Source of the DNA: Octopus vulgaris
Taxonomy: Eukaryota
Assembly (NCBI GenBank): GCA_951406725.2
Contig: OX597823.1
Coordinates: forward strand, 39,432,001 to 39,496,000
Direction of reading: 5' to 3'
DNA: 64,000 bases
A model generated the notes under the pieces. The model had not been told where the DNA came from. It saw only the letters and a program-made list of their open reading frames with translations, and did not search any database. A program made the translations under genes and the position numbers. Position 1 is the first letter of the stretch; each line of letters opens with the position of its first letter. Shown here piece after piece: positions 54,654 through 64,000 of this stretch.

Positions 54654-55569
54654 CACATATATATAAGTGCAAACGTGCCTCTGTGATAAGAAGCTTACTT
54701 GCTACATGTGTGTATGTGTATGTGTGTGTCTTTGTGTATGCCCCTACCACCGCTAGGCAACGGGTAAACGTTTGTTTACGTCTCCGTAACGTAGTGGTTC
54801 GGCAAAAAGAGACTGATATATTAAGTACCAGGCTTAAAAAAAAACAAGTGCTGGTGTCAATCCATTCAACTAAACGTTCTTCAAGGCAGTGCCTCAGCAG
54901 GACCAGTTTAATGACTGAAACAGATAAAAGGAAAAAAGAAAAAAAGTATTATAAAGCGTCGATATTGTGCTGACGACACCTAACGACAAAGGACCGCACA
55001 TTCATAGCTGTTGTTTGTGCTTTGAATTAACAGGCTGTCTTTTCCTTATTGCTATGTCAATTCAGGAAAACTACTGTGTTCTAAAGATTATCTCATTCAA
55101 GGTCGATTATAGTTGCCGCTCAATGTTTGTTTACTTTCTCTAAAAGCAAAGATGGTTTTTGTAAATCAAGAAATTATTTTGTACGAGATTTAATATGCCT
55201 TCCTTCGTCCTAGCTGTCCAATTACGAGACGACTAAGATGTTAACGGTATTATCTTATTTTCATAGCTTGTATATTTCTGTGTATCTCTGCAGTGAGAGT
55301 CCATATTCTTGTAAGAGCACGAGGAGATGGTAAGTAACTGTGCATGAAGGAGTCTGTCTTTAACTATATAGAACAGGATAAGTGAGAGATGTCGTGTCGA
55401 ATACTATTGGCAGGAAAGAAAATTATTGGAAGAGTCTTTAACCAATTCAGATATTTGTACATACATTTTGATCTCTCTGGTAAATCATTTTTAACACCAA
55501 AATTTTAAGTAGATAAACCTATATATAAAGGCGTAGTATATTGGGTTGGAAAACTCCTTGGATGGGGAG

Positions 55570-56005
55570 GAAGTTGAACGTTGCACGTGGGACTCGAACC
55601 GACATCTTCTGTATACATAACAGATGTGCTAACAATTTTACCAAAGCAATCCTTCGAATTTTCTCCATGCATTTTAGAAACTTTTTTCATTATCAGCGTG
55701 AATTGTAAGAATTTAGAAACTTCGAGAGATGTGAAATAATTCCTTTTTTAACGGTGGAACTCGAAGTAGATAAAGTTATAAATGCTGACTATTGGATTAG
55801 CTGACTATTGGATTAGCTGACTATTGGGTCATGTTTACAGACGATGTAGGCTTGAGTCCCACGAGCAGCCTTCGACTTGTTGCCATTCAAAGTTTTTGAA
55901 CTCCAAATTCCGCGTAAACATTTATAGCTTTATCTACTTCGAGTTCCATTGTGAAAAATAATTTACATCATATCTCTCGAAGTTTCTAAATCCTCACAAT
56001 GTAAA
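55570..56005. repeat. Inverted duplication containing tRNA-like segments and a 16-bp tandem repeat
   Basis: 55702-55785 inverted to 55917-56001; tRNA-like GGTTCGAGTCCC on the minus strand near 55590 and a decayed plus-strand copy near 55850; GCTGACTATTGGATTA x2.7. Confidence 0.7.
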
Positions 56006-56753
56006 CATCTTAAAATTTCTCTCTTTCTACACAACTACTGAACGATAAGTTATGAACTGCAATGATTTTCTCTTTATCAAATATTTCCAGCTACTATTCA
56101 TTATAGACAAGCTATCGATTTCTTCTTTTTTTAAAAACGTTTTCTGTCAGAAAGTAAATAATAAAAATACAGATTTTTCGTCAAAAGTGTAGACAAAGCC
56201 AGTGGCTTCGTGTTGGCGCAAAGTTCCGGCTGCTTCTGATTGACGAGACACGTATTGAAACACCAATATCCCAGAATACTATGCGCCAATGAACCGAGTG
56301 TGTTGAACAAACTGGCGTTGTAAAAGGGAAAACCCATTCCTGTATGATGTACACTTCAGCGACCTATATATTTTGCTTCTGAACTTGCCTAGACGCATTA
56401 AGAATAAATATGAAAATAATCGTTTCAGATCTCGTAGTGGACGGTGCCAAATAACAATTTCTTATTAATGAAATGTATTGACCGTTAATTACTTGATACT
56501 GGAGAGATTTAACCATAATTGAAATAGTTTTTATCAACGGATATTAAGGATTTTAGTATAATTAATAGCGACAGAAGCAGTATTAATGCCAACAGGTAAT
56601 ATTTATCTTCACTTAAAAGTGGATGTTGTGTTAAAACACAAAATCCTGCAATAGTTACCATAAGAGAATCTCTCGTATGGACTTGTAGTGCATATGAGCA
56701 CTCGCGTTTATATTGCTAGCGGGAGATAATAACCGCCATCACCACCGGCGGGA

Positions 56754-56800
56754 CTACCAGATCGCGCGATTTCGGCCTTGCTTGGCCTTGTCAACGGTAG
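56754..56800 (-). ncRNA. Type I hammerhead ribozyme, U3-A8 core variant
   Basis: ctaccg-TTGACAA-GGCC-aagcaa-GGCC-GAAA-TCGCGCGA-TC-tggtag; all three stems pair. Confidence 0.75.
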
Positions 56801-57534
56801 ACGACCGAAACCTGGTGATAACAGCGACTTCTCTGCAAGGGATATAAATAGAATCTCAGTGATTAACCAAGCACTGGTGTCGTAAGTAGCCAGTGGGTTA
56901 ATTAAAAAATAATTACCTTAAAAACAAAACAATAAAATGAAACTAAATAAATATATTAAGAATTACATGAAATACTTTATTTCGTTTATTTCATTAACGA
57001 GAAGAAATGAAGCAGATTCCTAGCAAGAAAATTCTCTCCCATGCAAAGAAAAAAGATGAATCGAAATGTCTGAAGAGACAAACAATTAACCATAACTTGG
57101 AAAGTCAATGCGGAAACGATGAGAATTATGAACAAAAAAAAATCCCTCTTTTTTATGTACTAGTTAATCAGTTTGCATTGTAAAAACCCCATAAAGTATT
57201 ATTACATGATATTTTAAAGGATTTAAATAACCATTGAACACATATTTCTATAATTGGCGTATTCGTTTATATTATAAATGTCCATCACTTCAACAGAAAT
57301 TTAAATCTAAATATATTCTTTTACTTGTTTCAATCTTTTGACTGTGGCCATGTTGGAGTACCGCCTTAAAGGGTTTTAATTGAAGAAATCGACTCCAGGA
57401 CTACTATAGCCCGAGGCTGTAGTAGAAGACACTTATCCAAGGTACCACGCAGTGGGATTGAACCCGGAACCATGTGGCTGGGAAGCAAGGTTCTTACCGC
57501 ACTGCTACGCCTGTGAAATCATATTAGTTCATTA

Positions 57535-57845
57535 AGGCACGTGGTTTAGTGGTTAGGGTATTCGGTTCACGATTGTAAAGTCGTAAGTTCGGTTCCCGGC
57601 GGCGCGTTGTGTCGTTGACGAATCACATTATTTCAGGTTGCTCCAGTCCACTCAGCTGGCAAAAATGATTAGTATCCATAATTGAAATGGCTATCCTTGT
57701 CAAACACTGTGTCTAGCTGAATCTCCCTGAGTTAAGGGTATGAATGCTTGTGGAGTGCTCAGCCACTTACACGATAATTTCACGATCAGGCTGTTTTGAG
57801 ATTGGATGAACTGAACACCTCATCGTCGTTGCCGACGGAGTGCCA
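57535..57845 (+). mobile_element. Degenerate SINE (head E, tail 3)
   Basis: Homologous to 40431-40759. Confidence 0.8.
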
Positions 57846-57857
57846 TGCTTGATCGCT

Positions 57858-57975
57858 AAACCCACAAGTTTATATTCATTTATTCTCTTGTTTATTTTCT
57901 GTTATTCCTTTCTGTTGAAGAGCGTAGGCTCGAAACGTAAAAGTCTTTTCTTTTGTTTTTCTGTAAATTTCAACT
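57858..57975 (+). mobile_element. Short PLE-end cassette with a minimal HHR motif (57908-57943)
   Basis: cttt-CTGTTGA-a-GAGC-gtag-GCTC-GAAAC-GTA-aaag. Confidence 0.65.
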
Positions 57976-58369
57976 ATGTATGTATGTAAGTATGTATGTA
58001 TGTACACGCATACGCACATGGTGTTGCTGTGTAATGAGATATGACCGTATATATACTAACTTGTCAGTGACACAGTACCGAATGTGCAACTGAATGTGAA
58101 GTTTGGAACATTAGTAAGTCTTCCGTTAGAGTTTTGTTTAACCCGTTGCTTCCATGCCGAGGAGAAACGGATCATTTCTGTATAGAATTTACTGTATAGG
58201 ATTTACTTCGTACAGGGTGGAGCAATTTGCATATGAGTGATAGCTTGACATCTGTTCAGCAATTACTTATCCATCAACCCAGCATGCCGTCAACGAAGAA
58301 GTCTGTCTCATCGCGTTTCATTTCACAGCAAGACTATGTATGTTTTAGATATAAAGACACTTCCGTGTA

Positions 58370-58489
<120 letters not shown>

Positions 58490-59430
58490 TACAAACATAT
58501 ACATATATACATGCATGTATGCATACGCACACACATATATCATCATATACAGGCATAAGTACTACACGGCTGTCAATTGGTGGAATCGTTAGAAAGTCGG
58601 ATATATTGTTTTAAAGGTGAGAGATATGAGTTAGACTTAGCTGTCTTGCTCTTAACGTATTACAAATCGGAAATTGGCAAACCATTTATTGGGTGACCTT
58701 GTAACCCTTTGAGAATTAAGGGGACTTTTCCGTCGTAAGAGTCCGAGAAAGTGTTACATTGGCGGAATAAGTATAGGGATTAAGAATTTGTTACGGTTAT
58801 TAAGGTTCCGAGTTCAAATCTTGTCAGAGTCAGTTTTTGTCTTTTAACCTGCTGAGGTCGACAAAATAAATTGCAACTCGGTACTGTGGATAATTTGATC
58901 GACATCGTACACTTTCCAAATAATTGTGGCCGTGTTCTTTATGTTACAAATTATTTTGAGGGTTAGGAAGATGGCGAAATGGTAAAATCGTTAAAATGGT
59001 GACAGAATCTCTCGCCGTGTTTTTCATGGCTCTTTATGTTCTGAGTTCAAATCTCACCGAGATCATCTTTAACTTTCCTTCCTTCAGGGGTTAATGAAAT
59101 AAAGTACCATTCAAACTCTAGGATCGATTCAATCGATTGACGTACGCTGTTCAAAATTGCTGTTCTTTTAAATAAATTAGAAGCAAATTTGAGCGCCAGA
59201 GTTTCCTATCTTGTTGATTCCATTTGGTTCTAACCGTGGCCAGGCCAAAGGAATTTGGTTTCTAAGAAATCAATCCCCCTGACTGTAAATAGGAACACCA
59301 CATACCTACAGTTATATGACTTGTTCATATGTCTGTCTGTCTGTCTGTCTGTTTGTCTCTTTTTACAACAACTGCTGCGATGATGATAATGTCGTTGACT
59401 ATAACGCTGATGATGATTAGAGCAGTGGTT

Positions 59431-60178
59431 TCTTACTCCTCAATCTTCCTTCTTTTATTGCTATACTCTTTCTTTCACATTCTGTTTCTCCTCCATTCTT
59501 TCCTTCATTACTTATTTCATTCACTCATTCTTACTCCTCAATCTTTCTTCTTTTATTGCTATACTCTTTCTTTCACATTCTGTTTCTCCTCCATTCTTTC
59601 TTTCATTACTTATTTCATTCACTCATTCTTTCTCCTTAATCTTCCTTCTTTTATTGCTATACTCTTTCTTTCACATTCTGTTTCTCCTCCATTCTTTCCT
59701 TCATTACTTATTTCATTCACTCATTCTTACTCCTCAATCTTTCTTATTTTATTGCTATACTCTTTCTTTCACATTCTGTTTCTCCTCCATTCTTTCCTTC
59801 ATTACTTATTTCATTCACTCATTCTTACTCCTCAATCTTTCTTCTTTTATTGCTATACTCTTTCTTTCACATTCTGTTTCTCCTCCATTCTTTCTTTCAT
59901 TACTTATTTCATTCACTCATTCTTTCTCCTTAATCTTCCTTCTTTTATTGCTATACTCTTTCTTTCACATTCTGTTTCTCCTCCATTCTTTCCTTCATTA
60001 CTTATTTCATTCACTCATTCTTTCTCCTCAATCTTTCTTCTTTTATTGCTATACTCTTTCTTTCACATTCTGTTTCTCCTCCATTCTTTCCTTCATTACT
60101 TATTTCATTCACTCATTCTTTCTCCTCAAACTTTCTTCTTTTATTGCTATACTCTTTCTTCCACATTCTGTTTCTCCT
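59431..60178. repeat. 98-bp minisatellite, about 7.6 copies, pyrimidine-rich
   Basis: Unit starts at 59431, 59529, 59627 and so on; units 3 and 6 share the CCTTAAT variant. Confidence 0.95.
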
Positions 60179-60528
60179 CAAATTTACCATTCTAACTTGC
60201 ATTTACAATCTCTTTATTTACTTATCTCCTTGCTGCCTTCTTTCCTTCCTTCCTTGCCTCGAATTATTATTTTTCACAAATTTTGTGTCGCAGCCTTTGT
60301 GTCCCAGTTCCTTTGCGTTCCTCAAATGTATATTTTATATCTATACACACACACACACACATACATGTACATATATACACGCGCGCGCGCACACACAGAC
60401 ACAGTGACAGACAGGCAGTCACACATACACACACACACATGCAAGCACGCACGCACACGGAGATCTCGGGAGGGTCTAGGAATTTATTGGGTTCAGCCCC
60501 ATATAGACCAAACTAATCTTTGTGTGTG

Positions 60529-60574
<46 letters not shown>

Positions 60575-61195
60575 CATATGAGTACGCGCATTTGTGTATA
60601 TATATATTCACACACACATATATATATATATGTGTATATATATATATATTTATATATATATGTATATATACATACACATGCATACATACATATACACACA
60701 TGTACGTGCTCGTATGAACACACACATACATATATAATATGTCATCGTGTACGTATGTATGTATGTATGTATGTATGCATGTATGTTTGTATGTATGTAT
60801 GTATGTATGTATGTATGTATGTATGTACGTACGTACGTACGTACGTACGTATGTATGTATGTATGTATGTATGTATGTATGTATGTATGTATGTATGTAT
60901 GTATACGTGTGTCAGTGTATTTCTAACCTCATCTCGCTCGCGTGCATATACGCGCGCCTAAACACAGCCGAAGAAAAAGAAAAACATTAGAATAGAAATT
61001 AACTGCGAATGTCGTCCTGAAGCAACCCCCCCACCACTACTTTTGGTGTGCACCGCCCCTCTCCACCCCCACCCCCCCGCCGCACATTACAAAATTATCA
61101 CATTTTATCTCCATAGCGACGACTGATTAAGTTTTCTTCTGGTGGTTGGTTGGATGGAGTGTATGGGCTGGTAGATAAGCAGTCTTCTGTCATAT

Positions 61196-61204
61196 GTTGT
61201 TGTC

Positions 61205-61264
<60 letters not shown>

Positions 61265-61368
61265 CTTCTTCTTCTTCTTCTTCTTCTTCTTCTTCTTCTT
61301 CTTCTTCTTCTTCTTCTTCTTCTTCTTCTTCTTCTTCTTCTTCTTCTTCTTCTTCTTCTTCTTCTTTT
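61196..61368. repeat. (TGT/TGC)n followed by (TTC)n
   Basis: Direct reading. Confidence 0.95.
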
Positions 61369-61728
61369 CTTTCATCTTCTTTTAGTAATTTCTTCTCCTT
61401 CCTCATCTTCATTCTCATCCTCTTCCTCCTATACATCTTCCTCCTATTCGTCTTCTCCTTCCTCCTATTCGTCTTCTCCTTCCTCCTCCTCATCCCCTCT
61501 CTTTTTCTCTCTCCCTCACCTCACCTCAACCCCATTATCTTCCAAGACAGACATCTTATGCCCTTCCTTTTGCCTTCCTCGTCTCGTTTATTCTGGAGTT
61601 AGATTGACAGATCATTGGCTCTGATAAAGAGAAACCGTATCAAAATGTCTGTATAAGTTTAACGGCTGGAATATGTCCGTCTGTCTGGCCCCATCGCTTT
61701 CTTTCTGTCTCTCTTCCTTATTTGTCTT

Positions 61729-61792
<64 letters not shown>

Positions 61793-62518
61793 GTTTCAAT
61801 CTACCCCCTTTCCCCCTGTGATGTGTTTGTTTCTTGCTTCTTATTTCATATTTGAGAAGAAAGTATGACAAGGAAATAGGCGGGAAGTGAAACTACGAAG
61901 GAACGAAGTTTGGAAGGACGGAAGGAAAGAAGATTGTAGGAAGGAAACAAAAGCAAGAAGGACGTGAAATAGAAAGGAAAGAATGAAGTAAGTTAGGGAA
62001 AGAAATGAATTGAAGGAAGGAAGAATGAAGGTAGGACGGTAAGAATGAAGAAAGATGGAAAGAGGGAAGAAAGGAGAATGAAAGAAGGAAGGATACCCGT
62101 GGGGTGGGTGAAGGATGGTAGAAGGAAAGAGAGAGGAAAGAATGAAAAGTGGGGTGATAAGAAGAATGAAGAAACGGTGGACGGAAGAAAGAAAGAAAGA
62201 ATAACGAAAGAAACATATAAAAAAGGAAGGAAAAAGAAGGATAGGAAGAAGTAAAGTAAGGAAAAAGTGAAAACAAGGAAGACGAAAGGAAGGCTAGACG
62301 AAAATAAGAAAGCAATGATGGAAGGAAGGAAGGAAGGAATGGGAGAAAAAATGAAGGAAGAGGTAAAGAAATGTAAGGAAGGGGAGAAAAAGGAAATAGT
62401 GTGTGCATGAGGGAGAGAGAGAGAAAGAGAAAGAGAGAGAGAAGGATAGAGACAGAGGGAAAGAGAGAGAGAGAGAAAGAGGGAAAGAGAGAGAGAAAGA
62501 GGGAAAGAGAGAGAGAGA

Positions 62519-62563
<45 letters not shown>

Positions 62564-63029
62564 GGAAAGAGAGAGAGAAAGGGTTAGCAATGGAGACAAT
62601 AGTGAATGAAGCAAGTGATGATAATGAGAATTTAAAAATCGAAGTTATATATATATATAATATATGTGTATATATATATACATATGACCACATATACATG
62701 TGACCAGCGGTGTCAAATGGACGCCTGACGGACTGGTCGGTCAAAGTGATCAAGTGATATATACATATGTGTGTGTGTGTAAGCCTTTGTAGTTGACATA
62801 CAAATATGTCAAACTTAGCTCTTTCCATTTATTGTGGTCTCATCAGTGGTCTCACTATACAGAACCCTGAGAAACGCGTAGCCATTCTATTTATGTCTGC
62901 ACAACAAATCAAGTAGTTCCAGTTCTCAGGAGCCATTAATTTACATACCGTAAGTATTTAGCATTAAACGTTTAACATTTTATTTTAAAAGCGTCGGGGA
63001 ACCCAGTCCATACAGTTTCAAGGTATTTT

Positions 63030-63428
63030 TAACTTGTTTCATCCATTAGACTATGGCCATGCTGGAGTGTTGAATGACTCAACCCCAGTATTTATTTTTT
63101 AAAGCCTGGAACTTATTCTAATGCTCTCTTTTGCCGAACCGCTCAGTTACAGGGGCGTAAACACACCAACACCAGTTGTCAAGAGATGCTGGGGGACAAA
63201 TACAGACACGCGCGCGCATACATACACACACACACACACTTATTTATTTATATTTATATATATATATATACGACAGGCTTGTTTCAGTTTCCATCTACCA
63301 AATCCAGTCAGAAGATTTTGGTCGGTCCGAGACTATAGTAGAAGACACTTACACAAGGTGCTACGCAGTGGGACTGAACCCAGAACCATATGGTCGGGAA
63401 GCAAACTTCTTACCACACAGCTACGACT
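63030..63428 (-). mobile_element. Degenerate full-length SINE family A
   Basis: Reverse complement of the tail through to the head (CTTACCACACAGC). Confidence 0.8.
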
Positions 63429-63607
63429 GTTGTTGGATTGTGTCGGCAGAATATCTACCATTTAGCAAAATCGACGAAAAGATTACAATGAACTTGCTGA
63501 GAGGAGCGAAAAGTCCAACGGTCCGGACAGAGTCCTTCAGGGAAAAGTAGACAGGAATGAAATTCGCACGTCGTTTTGAAGAAGTGAAGATGTGAAGAAT
63601 ATTATGA

Positions 63608-63646
<39 letters not shown>

Positions 63647-63655
63647 TGTATGTAT

Positions 63656-64000
<345 letters not shown>

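Noticed and set aside
59431-60178. CRISPR-like array
   Set aside because: Contiguous tandem units without unique spacers, eukaryotic context, no cas genes
59329-60961. 288-aa and 435-aa hydrophobic ORFs
   Set aside because: Produced by the 98-bp pyrimidine-rich minisatellite and adjacent microsatellites
61893-62828. 311-aa F/S/L-rich ORF
   Set aside because: Reverse complement of a GA-rich low-complexity tract
62810-62886. CTGATGAGACCA on the minus strand and GAAACGCGTA on the plus strand
   Set aside because: Neither strand gives a complete core plus stems; possibly a decayed PLE end but unsupported

Overview
Repeat-dominated, AT-rich eukaryotic intergenic or intronic DNA. I found no intact host protein-coding gene. 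Almost every long ORF in the track is a microsatellite or minisatellite artefact. The mix of dense (TA)n/(CA)n/(TACA)n runs, tRNA-headed SINE families, R4/Dong-like LINEs, Penelope-like elements (PLEs), mariner/Tc1 relics and a decayed 'GEKPYHCEICGK'-type C2H2 zinc-finger array suggests a coleoid cephalopod (Octopus-like) genome; this is inference. The most striking feature is a diverse set of hammerhead-ribozyme (HHR) motifs from several unrelated sequence families, nearly all at PLE ends or in short cassettes inside microsatellites. They include a fully paired U3-A8 covariant HHR (56754-56800), a tandem HHR pair 552 nt apart that resembles a retrozyme/circRNA template (32645-33415), HHRs with long stem II inserts, and foldback palindromes that look like collapsed PLE termini. 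All structures were read by eye and boundaries of degenerate elements are approximate.
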